Shown here: in pieces, positions 18,079-28,819 of the stretch
How the letters are laid out: the number at the start of each line of letters is the position of its first letter
Numbering within the stretch: the stretch's first letter is position 1
Source of the DNA: an uncultured Smithella sp.
GTDB taxonomy: Bacteria > Desulfobacterota > Syntrophia > Syntrophales > Smithellaceae
Direction: 5' to 3'
Assembly (NCBI GenBank): GCA_964443625.1
Contig: CAYUDM010000003.1
Span: 50,324 to 114,323 of the forward strand
Length of the DNA stretch: 64,000 nt
The notes under the pieces: generated by a model
Seen by the model: the letters and a program-made list of their open reading frames with translations, nothing else
Told to the model about the DNA's origin: nothing
The model's database searches: none
Made by a program: the position numbers and the translations under genes

Positions 18079-20252
18079 ATCTGTCGGAGTCCATGATCCG
18101 CTCCATCATTATCGCGTTGGAGATGGTCATCAAAGTATCCGGGACGGACATTCGTCTCCACGGGCTTGAAAACGTCCCGGATTCGCCGGTGTTGTATGTC
18201 GTGAATCACTTCACGCGGATGGAAACCATTCTTCTGCCCTATGTGATCCGCAAACACGTCGGGAAATATCCGGTATCGTTGGCCGATGACTCTTTCTTTT
18301 CCGGACGGTTGGGGCAAATCATGAGCCGCGGCGGCGCGATTTCCACGGCCGACCCCGATCGGGATAAAATTCTGATCCGGATGCTTTTAACCGACGAGCA
18401 TCCGGTCGTGATTTTTCCCGAAGGCAGAATGATCAAAGACAAAAAGATCGTTGAAAAAGGCAAGTATCTGATCAATTCGACGACTGGCCGCCGACCCCCG
18501 CACACGGGCGCCGGGCGCATCGCGCTGCGCTCGGAATTTCTCCGTCAGGAGCTGCGCCTGCTGCAAAGTCGGGGCGACACCGACGCCATCAACACGATCG
18601 CCTCGCATTTCGGGTTCGATCCGGCAGTGGTTAACCGGATTCTGGAGAAGGAAACCTTCATCGTTCCGGTCAACATCACATACTATCCGGTGCGGGCGAA
18701 AGACAATGCCGTAAGCCGGCTTGTCAATCGTTTTGTTTCCGACCTGTCGGCGCGCATGCGAGAAGAGATGCAGGTGGAAGGATCGATGGTCGCAGACGGA
18801 GTGGATATTGACATCAACCTGGGGGCCCCCATTGCCGCTAAAAATTACCTTACGGCGAAAACAGGCATCGACGAGATGATTTCGGATGCCGGTCTTTATC
18901 TCGATCCGGCCGAACTCAAGCACGCAGCACCCTTTAAAAAAATCTACATCAAGATGATGTACGACTACATGCGCGCCATCTACGGCATGACGACGGTCAA
19001 TGGCGACCATCTGGCCTCGTATCTGCTGAGCCGCTACCGGAAAAACATCATCGTCGAAAGCGACTTCAAAAACAGGCTCTATCTGGCGGTCAAGCATCTG
19101 AAACAGACACAAGCCGGAAATTGCCACCGGACACTTCTGCACGATCAACTTCACTATTTAAGTGACGATCGGCATGAAAAGTATGAAAACTTTATTGCCG
19201 ATCTTGTCGCAGACGGCCTGATCGAGCGAAGCGGCGGCCGCATTCGGAAAAACCCGGCCCGCTTCAGCAAGGCCTATGAATTTCAGACCATCCGCCAGGA
19301 CAACATCGTTGAAGTGCTCAAAAATGAAATTGAGCCGCTTGAGGATCTTACCGCCGGTCTGAATCGGATGATGCTGTATCCCGCGACCCTTTTGCGGCGC
19401 AGAATCCGAAAACAGTTTTTGCAGGAAGATCGGGACCAATTTCGTGAGGACTACGCGCGGTATTCCATAAAGGGTGAAAGCAAACCCGCGTCAATCGGCG
19501 AACCTTTCTTTTGCAAAAGATTCTGGGCGTCCCGCGGCGTGATTCTGGTTCACGGCTACATGGCGGCGCCGGAAGAGATCCGCCCGCTAGCGGACTTTCT
19601 GTATAAAAGCGGCTATTGTGTTTACGGGGTGAGGCTGCGCGGCCACGGGACCTCTCCGGAGGATCTGGCGGCCAGGGCCTGGCCTGAGTGGTATGAATCC
19701 GTCAACCGCGCCTACATCGTCATGAAGAATACAGTGAAAGCATTTACCATCGCCGGCTTTTCCACCGGCGCGGGGCTTGCGCTTCTGCAGGCGGCCGAAA
19801 AACCCGGTCGTTTCGCCGGCGCCATTTCCATCAACGGTCCCGCCCGTCTGCAAAACCGAAAGGCCCGTTACGCTCCGCTGATTGTCGGATGGAATAAATT
19901 GCTGACCTCGTTTCGCGTCCGCAAGGGCAAAATGGAATTTGTTGTCAATGATCCGGAAAACCCGCATATCAATTACACGCGTAATCCTGTCTCCGGCGTA
20001 CTGGAACTCGAACGACTCATGAAGCATGTTAAAAGCCGTCTTCCTCAGATTACCGGTCCCGTTTTGGTTATTCAGGGATCCGACGATCCGGTTGTTTCAC
20101 CGATTAGCGGCGAAGACATTTATGCGCGGTTGGGATCGGCGAGCAAAGAACTGGTGCAGATATCCGCCGACCGCCACGGCATCCTGCGGGGGATAGTAGC
20201 GGAGGAGGTCAATCAGAGCATCCTGGCGTTTTTAAAAAAGGTGATGAAATAA
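18045..20252 (+). CDS. Fusion protein: N-terminal PlsC-like glycerolipid acyltransferase domain plus C-terminal alpha/beta-hydrolase (lysophospholipase/esterase-like) domain
   Basis: The N-terminus has VNHFTRMET (an HX4D-type box with E in place of D) and VIFPEGRM (the acyltransferase block III FPEG motif). The C-terminus has VILVHGY, the nucleophile elbow GFSTGAG (GxSxG) and IQGSDDPVV. The start may instead be ATG 18093. Confidence 0.7.
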   Translation: MQTKPERPTTLNLSESMIRSIIIALEMVIKVSGTDIRLHGLENVPDSPVLYVVNHFTRMETILLPYVIRKHVGKYPVSLADDSFFSGRLGQIMSRGGAISTADPDRDKILIRMLLTDEHPVVIFPEGRMIKDKKIVEKGKYLINSTTGRRPPHTGAGRIALRSEFLRQELRLLQSRGDTDAINTIASHFGFDPAVVNRILEKETFIVPVNITYYPVRAKDNAVSRLVNRFVSDLSARMREEMQVEGSMVADGVDIDINLGAPIAAKNYLTAKTGIDEMISDAGLYLDPAELKHAAPFKKIYIKMMYDYMRAIYGMTTVNGDHLASYLLSRYRKNIIVESDFKNRLYLAVKHLKQTQAGNCHRTLLHDQLHYLSDDRHEKYENFIADLVADGLIERSGGRIRKNPARFSKAYEFQTIRQDNIVEVLKNEIEPLEDLTAGLNRMMLYPATLLRRRIRKQFLQEDRDQFREDYARYSIKGESKPASIGEPFFCKRFWASRGVILVHGYMAAPEEIRPLADFLYKSGYCVYGVRLRGHGTSPEDLAARAWPEWYESVNRAYIVMKNTVKAFTIAGFSTGAGLALLQAAEKPGRFAGAISINGPARLQNRKARYAPLIVGWNKLLTSFRVRKGKMEFVVNDPENPHINYTRNPVSGVLELERLMKHVKSRLPQITGPVLVIQGSDDPVVSPISGEDIYARLGSASKELVQISADRHGILRGIVAEEVNQSILAFLKKVMK

Positions 20253-20329
20253 AGGATAAAGGATAAAGTGGTATCTTCATCCTGTCGGTGTCGGTGAATA
20301 AAAACATTCTCCATGCGCTTGTTGAATGG

Positions 20330-21598
20330 TCAAAGCACCTGGTTTGCTGGCGTTTTGCGCAGCAGCGCCGTAACCAGCCAGCTTGCCGACAAGGCGCCGG
20401 CGAAAACGATCAAGAATTTCACGATTGGCGGCAGCGGCTGCGAAAGCAGGGCATACTGGATCCAGATCACAAAGACATAGTGAAATACATAAATGCCGTA
20501 GGCGTTGGCGCTTAAACTGTCCGCCGCGGGGTGCGCCTGATGGAAGAAGGCGCGTGCCAGGCCCATCGCGCCCAGGCAGGTCAGTGTGCAGCAAAGGCAA
20601 TAAAGCGTCGTGAGAACGAGGCTGTCAAACCATCGCGGCATATTGCCAAGGTCGACTGCGTTTTGCTCGATGAGCCCGTGGGCCAGATAGATCAGTCCGC
20701 CCAGAAACAGCCACATCGGCCAGAGTTTGAGATTCTTCCGCGACAGGGACCGGCCTAGATCGGCGCTTCCCAAAAAACCGCCCAGTAAAAACCAGACGAA
20801 ATACAACAAAACCCGCCAGGTATGAAAATACAGAGGGCCGATCACATGCGTCCAGTGCCCCGGTTCGACCCATAGTCTCAGGGGAATTGTGACGATCAGG
20901 CTTGCCGCCAGAAAAACAACGAACAGCTGTCCTGCGGAATCCGCTGTCCAGGAGCATCTTTTCATGAATCCGGGAAAGAGCCGGTATGCGCCCGCCACGA
21001 CCGCGCCGTGGACCAGCAAAACCCAGATGAACCAGGCCGGACCGCTCGTCCAGCCGTCGGCGGTAAAAAAGCGGTACAGGTAATGACCTTCGCCGGCCGC
21101 GTTACTTTCAAGCCAGGATGGATAGTAGGCCAAAGGCGCAAGGACCAAAGCGCAGATGATAAACGGAATGCCCAGGCGTTGAAAACGATCGATCATAAAG
21201 CGGCCCGCGCCTTTGCGATTCAACGACCCGACAATGAAAAGACCCGATATGAAAAACATCAGGCACATAAAGAACATGTCGTTCCACCCTACGAAAAGAT
21301 CGAGTGGCAGAAAACGGACCGTATCAACAATGGGCGTCGAAGATTTCATGTACTGTTCGGGGTTATAAACGCTGACCGTGTTATAAGCCAGCGAAGCATG
21401 ATGGGCGACCACCAGCATCGTGACGCCGCTTCGCAGGTAATCAATCGAAACATCGCGTGTCAAATCATTCCTCCGGGCATTGCTTTCGCGGAAGCGAACT
21501 ATAGGCAACTTTCCGTTGCCTGTCAACGCCAGCGACTCTTCCTGTCGGGATAAAGGAATCGGAGACTGACGAATGCAAGCTTTAAAATTATGCAACAA
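20330..21598 (-). CDS. Acyltransferase family 3 (OpgC/OafA-like) integral membrane protein
   Basis: IDYLRSGVTMLVVAHHASLAY followed by about 10 TM segments is typical of acyltransferase_3. The start codon is uncertain because the N-terminus may be shorter. Confidence 0.75.
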   Translation of the reverse strand: MLHNFKACIRQSPIPLSRQEESLALTGNGKLPIVRFRESNARRNDLTRDVSIDYLRSGVTMLVVAHHASLAYNTVSVYNPEQYMKSSTPIVDTVRFLPLDLFVGWNDMFFMCLMFFISGLFIVGSLNRKGAGRFMIDRFQRLGIPFIICALVLAPLAYYPSWLESNAAGEGHYLYRFFTADGWTSGPAWFIWVLLVHGAVVAGAYRLFPGFMKRCSWTADSAGQLFVVFLAASLIVTIPLRLWVEPGHWTHVIGPLYFHTWRVLLYFVWFLLGGFLGSADLGRSLSRKNLKLWPMWLFLGGLIYLAHGLIEQNAVDLGNMPRWFDSLVLTTLYCLCCTLTCLGAMGLARAFFHQAHPAADSLSANAYGIYVFHYVFVIWIQYALLSQPLPPIVKFLIVFAGALSASWLVTALLRKTPANQVL

Positions 21599-21625
21599 AA
21601 AAGCCGGAGCGTTGGGGCCCCGGCC
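21595..21625 (-). terminator. Possible intrinsic terminator after ppdK
   Basis: On the minus strand a GC-rich hairpin (GCCGG...CCGGC around a GGGGCCCC core) is followed by TTTTTTG. The stem is short. Confidence 0.35.
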
Positions 21626-21646
21626 GTTTTGTTCTTTGACCTGAAA

Positions 21647-24600
21647 CTATTTTTTCTTTGCCGTTTTTTTGTCGGCGGGTTTTTTTGCCACCGGCTTCTT
21701 CACGACCGGTTTTTTGGCGACGGCTTTTTTCACTGCGGTTTTTTTAACGACTTTCTTTGCCGCTTTTTTGGCGACGGTCTTCTTAGTCGCAACCTTTTTG
21801 ACGACCTTCTTTGCCGCCTTTTTCACCACGGTTTTTTTCGCCGCGGGTTTGGCTTTCGCCGTCTTGACGGCGGCGCTTACGGCTTTTTTGACGGCCTTGG
21901 CTTTTCCGAGAAGCGCTTTGGCTTTAGCCATCACCTTGCCTGTTTTTTTCGCCCCGGCTTTTTTGACCGGGGCGGCGTTGGCAATGGCGGCCTGAGCCGC
22001 AGACAGTCTGGCGATAGGCACGCGGAAGGGCGAGCAGCTCACGTAGTCCAAACCGGTGAGATGGCAAAATTCAATGGAGCTGGGCTCGCCGCGGTGTTCG
22101 CCGCGGATGCCGACTTTCAGTTTGGAATTTACCTTTCGGCCCTTTTCAACGGCCATGGCCACAAGCTTTCCTACGCCGTCGCGGTCGAGCACGCGAAAAG
22201 GATCAACCGGCAGAATTTTCTTGGCGATGTAATCCGGCAGGAACTTGCCCGCGTCGTCGCGGCTGTAGCCGAACGTCATCTGCGTGAGGTCGTTGGTGCC
22301 GAAGGAGAAGAAGGCTGCTTCTTTGGCGATTTCATCGGCGGTCACGGCCGCGCGCGGCACTTCGATCATCGTGCCCACGGAATAGCCGACCTTCACGCCC
22401 ATTTCGGCCATGACTTTTTCGGCGGTTGCGACAATGATGTTCTTCTGAGAGGCCAGTTCTTTCACGGTGCCGACCAGCGGAACCATGACTTCGGGACGCG
22501 CGTCCACGCCTTCGCGGACCAGCTGGCAGGCGGCTTCAAAAATGGCGCGGGCCTGCATTTCGGTGATTTCCGGGAAGGTGATGCCCAAACGGCAGCCGCG
22601 ATGCCCCAACATCGGGTTGAATTCATGCAGGGAGGCGACTTTGGCTTTGATCGCGTCGACGGAAATGCCCATCTCGCGGGCCATGTCCATCTGGCTGTCT
22701 TCTTCATGCGGAACGAATTCATGCAGCGGCGGATCGAGCAGGCGGATGGTTACCCCGTAGCCTTCCATGGCTTTCAAAATGCCGTAGAAATCCTCGCGCT
22801 GCATCGGCAAAAGTTTCGCCAGGGCACGCCTGCGGCCTTCGAGGGTATCGGCCAGAATCATTTCACGCACGGCCTTGATTCGTTCGCCCTCGAAGAACAT
22901 ATGTTCGGTGCGGCAAAGACCGATGCCCTGTGCGCCGAAATTGCGGGCCGTAGCGGCGTCCGCGGGTGTGTCGGCGTTGGTGCGGATGCCCAGGCGCTTC
23001 ACCTCATCGGCCCACTGCATGATGACGCCGAAATCGCCGGAGAGTTTCGCCGGAATGGTTTTGACTTCGCCTAACATGACTTCGCCGCTTGAGCCGTCCA
23101 GTGAAATGTATTCGCCTTCGGCAATCAAGTTGCCGTTGATGCGTATTTCCTTGCGGGCGTAACTGATTTCCAGATCGCCGCAGCCCGACACGCAGCACTT
23201 GCCCATGCCGCGCGCGACCACCGCCGCGTGCGAGGTCATGCCGCCACGCTGGGTTAAAATGCCTTGGGCGGCCGACATGCCTTTGAGGTCTTCCGGTGAG
23301 GTTTCAATGCGCACGAGGATGACTTTCTCTCCGCGGGATTTCCAGGCTTCTGCGTCGTCGGCGTTGAACACCACGCGTCCGGTGGACGCGCCGGGCGAGG
23401 CGGGCAGGCCCTTGGTGATGACGTTTCGCGCCGCCTGCGGATCGAAGGTGGGATGCAGAAGCTGATCGAGCGATGCCGGATCAATACGCAGAAGCGCGGT
23501 CTTTTTATCAATGAGCTTTTCGCTTACCATATCGACGGCGATCTTCACCGCCGCAGCCGCTGTGCGCTTGCCGGTGCGGGTCTGAAGCATCCAGAGATGA
23601 TCATCCTGGATGGTGAATTCGATGTCCTGCATTTCTTTGTAATGCTGCTCGAGTCGGGTGTACACGCGGACGAGGTCCTGATAGGCCTCAGGCATGTATT
23701 CTTCGAGCGACGGATATTTCGCGGCGCGGTCTTCTTCGGAGACGTTGTTGTCCTTGGCCCAGCGGCGCGAGCCTTCCAGCGTCACCTGCTGGGGCGTGCG
23801 GATGCCGGCGACAACGTCTTCGCCCTGCGCGTTGATGAGGTATTCGCCGTAGAAAAGATTTTCGCCGGTGGCCGGGTCGCGTGTGAAGGCCACGCCCGTG
23901 GCGCAGCGCTCGCCCATGTTGCCGAACACCATCGCCTGGACGTTGACGGCCGTACCCCAGTTGTCGTCAAAGCCGTTCATCTTGCGGTATAAAACGGCGC
24001 GGGGCGTGTTCCAGGACATAAAGACCGCGCCGATGGCGCCCCAGAGCTGCTCTTGGGGGTCGGTCGGAAATTCCCGGCCCAGTTTGTCGAGGATCATCTT
24101 CTTATAGCGGGCGACCAGTTCCTTAAGGTCCGTGACGGTCAGATCCAGATCGGCTTTCACGCCTCGTTCGGCCTTGAGCGCGTCCATGACGTCCTCGAAC
24201 GGATCGTGGGCGTCTTTGTCTTCGGGTTTAAGTCCCATGACGACGTCGCCGTACATCTGGACGAAACGGCGGTACGAGTCCCATCCGAAGCGTTCGTTGC
24301 CGGATTTGCGAATGATGCCTTCCACGGTTTCATCGTTTAAGCCGAGGTTCAGCACCGTGTCCATCATGCCGGGCATGGATACGCGTGCGCCGGAGCGTAC
24401 CGACAGCAAAAGGGGATTGGCCGCATCGCCGAATTTGGCGCCCATGACGTTTTCGACCTTCTTTAAAGCCGCGGCGATTTCCTTGTTCAGACCGGCCGGA
24501 ATCTGCTGGTTTTGCTTATAGAATTCTACACAGACGTCCGTGGTGATCGTGAATCCCGCGGGAACGGGGATTCCCAGTTTCGACATGACGGCAAGGTTCG

Positions 24601-24682
24601 CCCCTTTACCGCCGAGAAGGTTCTTCATGGAGGCGTCGCCTTCATTGATGCCCTTCCCGAAAGTGTAAACACGTTTAGCCAT
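21647..24682 (-). CDS. ppdK: Pyruvate, phosphate dikinase with a C-terminal Lys/Ala-rich extension
   Basis: Full-length PPDK signature: [11 protein letters not shown]...[10 protein letters not shown], the phosphohistidine region [16 protein letters not shown], and the PEP-utiliser TIM barrel ...GTNDLTQM...[12 protein letters not shown]. The protein is 1011 aa, and the PPDK homology ends at about residue 900. Confidence 0.95.
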   Translation of the reverse strand: MAKRVYTFGKGINEGDASMKNLLGGKGANLAVMSKLGIPVPAGFTITTDVCVEFYKQNQQIPAGLNKEIAAALKKVENVMGAKFGDAANPLLLSVRSGARVSMPGMMDTVLNLGLNDETVEGIIRKSGNERFGWDSYRRFVQMYGDVVMGLKPEDKDAHDPFEDVMDALKAERGVKADLDLTVTDLKELVARYKKMILDKLGREFPTDPQEQLWGAIGAVFMSWNTPRAVLYRKMNGFDDNWGTAVNVQAMVFGNMGERCATGVAFTRDPATGENLFYGEYLINAQGEDVVAGIRTPQQVTLEGSRRWAKDNNVSEEDRAAKYPSLEEYMPEAYQDLVRVYTRLEQHYKEMQDIEFTIQDDHLWMLQTRTGKRTAAAAVKIAVDMVSEKLIDKKTALLRIDPASLDQLLHPTFDPQAARNVITKGLPASPGASTGRVVFNADDAEAWKSRGEKVILVRIETSPEDLKGMSAAQGILTQRGGMTSHAAVVARGMGKCCVSGCGDLEISYARKEIRINGNLIAEGEYISLDGSSGEVMLGEVKTIPAKLSGDFGVIMQWADEVKRLGIRTNADTPADAATARNFGAQGIGLCRTEHMFFEGERIKAVREMILADTLEGRRRALAKLLPMQREDFYGILKAMEGYGVTIRLLDPPLHEFVPHEEDSQMDMAREMGISVDAIKAKVASLHEFNPMLGHRGCRLGITFPEITEMQARAIFEAACQLVREGVDARPEVMVPLVGTVKELASQKNIIVATAEKVMAEMGVKVGYSVGTMIEVPRAAVTADEIAKEAAFFSFGTNDLTQMTFGYSRDDAGKFLPDYIAKKILPVDPFRVLDRDGVGKLVAMAVEKGRKVNSKLKVGIRGEHRGEPSSIEFCHLTGLDYVSCSPFRVPIARLSAAQAAIANAAPVKKAGAKKTGKVMAKAKALLGKAKAVKKAVSAAVKTAKAKPAAKKTVVKKAAKKVVKKVATKKTVAKKAAKKVVKKTAVKKAVAKKPVVKKPVAKKPADKKTAKKK

Positions 24683-24791
24683 ATCTGTATCTCCTTTGAG
24701 AAAGAATTGTCCGGTGTTCGATGATCGAGCCGAAAGTTAATAAATGAAATACGGGGGACTGTAAAGTTTTTTTTCTTCCCCCAAGTAAAAA

Positions 24792-24815
24792 CCCCCGCGA
24801 AGGGATGCGCGGGGG
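24792..24815 (-). terminator. Intrinsic terminator downstream of the 24851-25126 gene
   Basis: CCCCCGCG-N8-CGCGGGGG hairpin. On the minus strand it is followed by TTTTTAC. Confidence 0.5.
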
Positions 24816-24850
24816 CTTTTACTGCTGGTACTATATATAGAGGGAAGGGT

Positions 24851-25126
24851 TTAGCTGATCAGGTTTTTGAGCGCATCGACAACCGGGGCCGTGAACATGG
24901 CGACCAGGATCGTGTAGAGCGCGAAGGATCCGATGGCTTCGCTCAAGTAGAGTTTGTCGTATTTGCGCTTGAGAGAAACAATAATCAATCCGCCGATAAT
25001 CAGGCATCCCAGATGGAAGAAGGGGAAACTGGCCTCGCCCGTGGCGCTGATCTGGGCAAAACTGAAGGTGGCGGTGGTCAGAACGATAAAGCCGACTAAG
25101 AGAGCGGTCTGTAATACTTTTTTCAT
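24851..25126 (-). CDS. Small membrane protein (hypothetical, 91 aa)
   Basis: Signal-like N-terminus plus two hydrophobic segments. The gene is flanked by AT-rich intergenic DNA and a terminator. No family recognised. Confidence 0.4.
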   Translation of the reverse strand: MKKVLQTALLVGFIVLTTATFSFAQISATGEASFPFFHLGCLIIGGLIIVSLKRKYDKLYLSEAIGSFALYTILVAMFTAPVVDALKNLIS

Positions 25127-25352
25127 GATCCTGATCCTCCTTTGGTCTGTAAAAATTGCTTCTTTTGACTTTACTACTTATGAAAATTGCGTGCCATAAT
25201 ACAGGTCGTTATGGAGATAATTTATAAGTCTAAGATATTAAAGGGTATATAATTTATTACCCCTTTCCGTGTCGGGAAATAAAGATGTTTAAAAAAGTGT
25301 TTCATTGAAAGAAACGTTCAATGGAGGTCGTCCGGCAGCAAGAAATATCGAA

Positions 25353-26603
25353 TTACAAATTCGTTTGGAAAGGCTTGCCTTTCTTTAACGTCAGGGCGAC
25401 GATGCACATAAGCGCTAAAATGAAAATATTGATCTCCCATAAATGCTGGTAGCTGCCGAAACGATCATAAATGAGGCCGCCCAAAAGCGGACCGATGGCT
25501 CCGCCCAGCCCGACAAAAAAGGTCAACAGGCCGTAAATCGATCCAAGGACGTGACGGCCGAACCGGTCGGATGCGAGAATCGGCAGGATCGGGGCCAGGC
25601 ATCCGTATCCGAAACCGTAAACGGCGGCGGAAAGATAAAGGAAGTTCACATGGTCGGCTTGCCACAGCAGAATCGTTCCCAAAAGCAGAATGAAAAGACC
25701 CAGAAAATAGGCATGTTTCGGGTCCGGCACTTTGTCGGAAAGCCAGCCGAAGAAGAACTGCCCGAAAAATCCACTGGCCGAGATAACCGCGAGAGATCCG
25801 GCGGCTGCGATCGGATCAATCTGCCGATCCATCGCGTAGGCCACTTGGTGAACAAAAACGGACATGATCACCATAATGGTCAGGCCCTGGCCGAGAGCAA
25901 TCGTCCAGAAACGGCTGTCCCGGAAGATGACGCCGGTCGGAACACGGCTGACTTTCGGGGGAACGGAAATCGTATCGGGCGGCTTTTTTTCTCCGTCGGG
26001 CTTAAGGCCGCAGGATTCCGGATTGGTTTTTCCCATCAGGGCGTTGCCGATGATGAGGCCTACCAGGCAAATAATGACACCCAGAGCGATGAGCCCCGCG
26101 CGCCATCCCATAGTGGCGTTGATAAATCCGGCCACAGGGGCCAAAGCCACCGTTCCGAAGCTGATGCCCATTGTGGCGGCGCCGATAGCGATGCCGCGTT
26201 TTTTGACAAACCATTTGCCTACCGAGGAGCTGCACACGACCACACCCATGCAGGAAGCGCCCGCGCCCACCAGGAGACCATAGGATAGGTAAAAGGCCAG
26301 GGGACTGTGGATCAGGCCGGTCAGCACAAAGCCCAGGCCGGACAAAAGCGCGCCGACGGTGAGAATCCGACGGGGGGCTGCGTAATCAAGAATCCGGCCC
26401 GCATAAACCGACCCCACCGAATAAACCAGCATATTGATGGCCGCGGCAAGTGAAATGACGGAGCGCGACCAGCCGTGCTCCAGGGCGAGTGGTTTGACGA
26501 AAATGCCGAAGCAGTAGCGCGCGCCGTAGTTTGCCGCCAGGATGGCAAAAGAGCCGGCAACCACGTACCAGCCCCAATAGATTTTTCTGTCAGCATCCAT
26601 CAT
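25353..26603 (-). CDS. MFS transporter (oxalate/formate antiporter-like subfamily)
   Basis: 12-TM layout. The N-terminal YWGWYVVAGSFAILAANYGARYCFGIF and the G-x3-D-R/K-x-G-R-like loop are typical of OFA-type MFS proteins. Confidence 0.85.
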   Translation of the reverse strand: MMDADRKIYWGWYVVAGSFAILAANYGARYCFGIFVKPLALEHGWSRSVISLAAAINMLVYSVGSVYAGRILDYAAPRRILTVGALLSGLGFVLTGLIHSPLAFYLSYGLLVGAGASCMGVVVCSSSVGKWFVKKRGIAIGAATMGISFGTVALAPVAGFINATMGWRAGLIALGVIICLVGLIIGNALMGKTNPESCGLKPDGEKKPPDTISVPPKVSRVPTGVIFRDSRFWTIALGQGLTIMVIMSVFVHQVAYAMDRQIDPIAAAGSLAVISASGFFGQFFFGWLSDKVPDPKHAYFLGLFILLLGTILLWQADHVNFLYLSAAVYGFGYGCLAPILPILASDRFGRHVLGSIYGLLTFFVGLGGAIGPLLGGLIYDRFGSYQHLWEINIFILALMCIVALTLKKGKPFQTNL

Positions 26604-26653
26604 ACGAGGGCGAGCTTTACCATTTGAGGGGCTTGTGCTACAAGCGAATAATC

Positions 26654-28745
26654 ATGAAGGATAAGGATAAAGCCTTTCACAAAAAAATCCCTTTTAAACG
26701 CCACGGACCTTTCCGCCGCAAAACGCAAAACCGCTCCCCTGGACGTGTCATGGACCCCCGCATTGTCCCGTCGCTGAAGGGAATTCTTTCCCGAATCGGC
26801 AGGCCCGAGCCCGCGCCGTTTGTACCGGATGAATTTCAGCGTCAGGCGCTATCCGCCATTCGGGAAAACGATTGCCTGGTGATCGCCCCGACCGGCTCCG
26901 GCAAGACATGGATCGCCCGCGAGGCGATTTTATCGGTGATGGAAAAAGGCGGGAAGTCCTGGTATGCCTCGCCGCTCAAGGCGCTGTCCAATTCCAAATG
27001 GGTGGAATTCGGTCTGCATTTCGATCCGGAAAATGTCGGCATCCTCACCGGCGACACGAAGGAAAATACCGAAGCGCCGATCATTGTCGGCACTACCGAA
27101 ATTCTGCGCAATCAGCTCTACGACGCCATGCATCAGGGTCGGAATCTTTCCTGCGATCTGGTGATTCTTGACGAGGCGCACTACCTGGGCGATCCCGACC
27201 GGGGTGTTGTCTGGGAAGAAATCCTCATTTATCTGCCCGCGCGGGTCAACGTGCTTCTGCTTTCGGCGACGATCGGCAACGGCGAGGAAATCGCCGCCTG
27301 GCTCGCCTCGGTCCGAAATCGTCCCTGCCGGGTCATCCGTGAAGAAAAGCGCCCGGTTCCCCTGTATCCTTTGTTTCTGCATCCTTCGGGATGTCTGCAT
27401 CCGTTTCTGGAAGGCACAAAAGCCTCGGCGGCCGTCTTTGAGTTTTTCCGCAGGGACAATCGACCACGCCGCGGTGGACGCGATATGCCGGATTACGCCG
27501 GTATTTTGAGGGTTTTAGGAACATTCAATCTGCTGCCGGCCATCTTTTTTTTTAAAGTCGCGTGCCGAGTGCGACGCGGCGCTGCGTGTTCATCACAGTT
27601 TTCCTGCGCTTAGTGACCCGGTGGAGATGGAAGACGATTTGTACGACCTTTTGGACCGTTTCCCTTCCTTATCCGGCCACCGTCAACTGACGGTGCTCAG
27701 CCGCTTCGGACTGGCGGCGCACCACGGCGGACAGCTTCCGGCCTGGAAACTTCTGGTCGAAGAGATGATGAACCGCGGGCGTCTGCGCGCCATTTTCGCC
27801 ACGACCACCGTCGCCGCCGGTGTCAATTTTCCCGCCCGCACCATTGTGCTTTTTAATTCCGATCAGTTCAACGGCCACGATTTCGCGCCGCTTTCGGCAA
27901 CGGAGTTTCGGCAGATGACCGGCCGGGCCGGCCGCCGCGGGCAGGACCACATCGGATTTGTGCTTGCGGTATCGGGCCGCTATATGGACCTGGCGCATAT
28001 CCGTCGGATGCTTTTTGCCGCGCCGGAAGACATCGTCAGCCGCATTCGAAACGACTTTGCCATGGTTTTGAACCTGCTTTTGTCGCAGACACCCGACGAT
28101 GTCAAAACCATTTTTACAAAATCGTTCGCCGCCTGGCAGCAAAGGCACGGTGGCGCGAAGGGAGCGAACGCGGCCGATTTCCTGTGGCGGGATTTTCTGC
28201 GGCATCTGAGTTTCCTGCAGGAGGAGGGGTTTGTGGACGAAGCGGGCCGTCTGACGCCCGACGGCCTGTGGGCGTCGCGTCTGAGGCTCGACGATCCGTT
28301 GCTGGTGGCCCAATGCCTGCGCGACGAGGCTTTTCCGGGCGATAATGAAAAAATTCTAGCCGCGCTGATGGCTGTGTTCGCCTATGACCGAGATGATGAC
28401 ATCCATTTTCGGGAAAAAGATATGCCTCCGAAGCTGACGGCGGCGCTTCGCAAAATGCTTTTGTCGGTGAGGCCGCTTCTTCGGCGACTCGAAGCGGCGG
28501 ATTTCCAGGGGGCGCGTTTTTATCCTGCAGCGGGCGCCGCGATGTATTTCTGGGCGCAGGGGCGAAACTGGGAGGCAATTATCAAACTGACCGGCATTAC
28601 CGAAGGCGATATGGCAACGCTGGTTTTGCGCACGGCGGACAACCTGCGGCAGATCGCTTCACTTAAGGATTCCCATCCGGATGTCGCCGCCTGCGCCTGG
28701 CGCGCCCGTGAGGCGATCCTGCGGGAACCGGGGTTGTTATTATGA
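26654..28745 (+). pseudogene. Ski2/HelY-like DEAH-box helicase interrupted by a frameshift in a T9 run
   Basis: First ORF: APTGSGKT (motif I), ILDEAHYLGD (motif II) and SAT (motif III). Second ORF: HHGGQLPAWK..., FATTTVAAGVNFPARTIV, QMTGRAGRRGQD (motif VI) and a DSHCT-like C-terminus. The two frames join at T9 (27545-27553). The +1 frame reads KSRAECDAALR and runs straight into ORF 27621. Confidence 0.75.
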
Positions 28746-28819
28746 GGAGAAAGGCAAAAGGCTGAAGGCAGGGGATCTTCCTGTCTTTTCGGAACTGACC
28801 ACTTTGAGGAGGTGCACGC

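Noticed and set aside
21590-23074. A 494-aa plus-strand ORF, together with several other plus-strand ORFs, lies antisense to ppdK.
   Set aside because: It lies entirely inside a gene with an unmistakable full-length PPDK signature on the other strand. Its translation is repetitive Gly/Phe/Arg-rich sequence, which is typical of antisense frames in GC-rich DNA.
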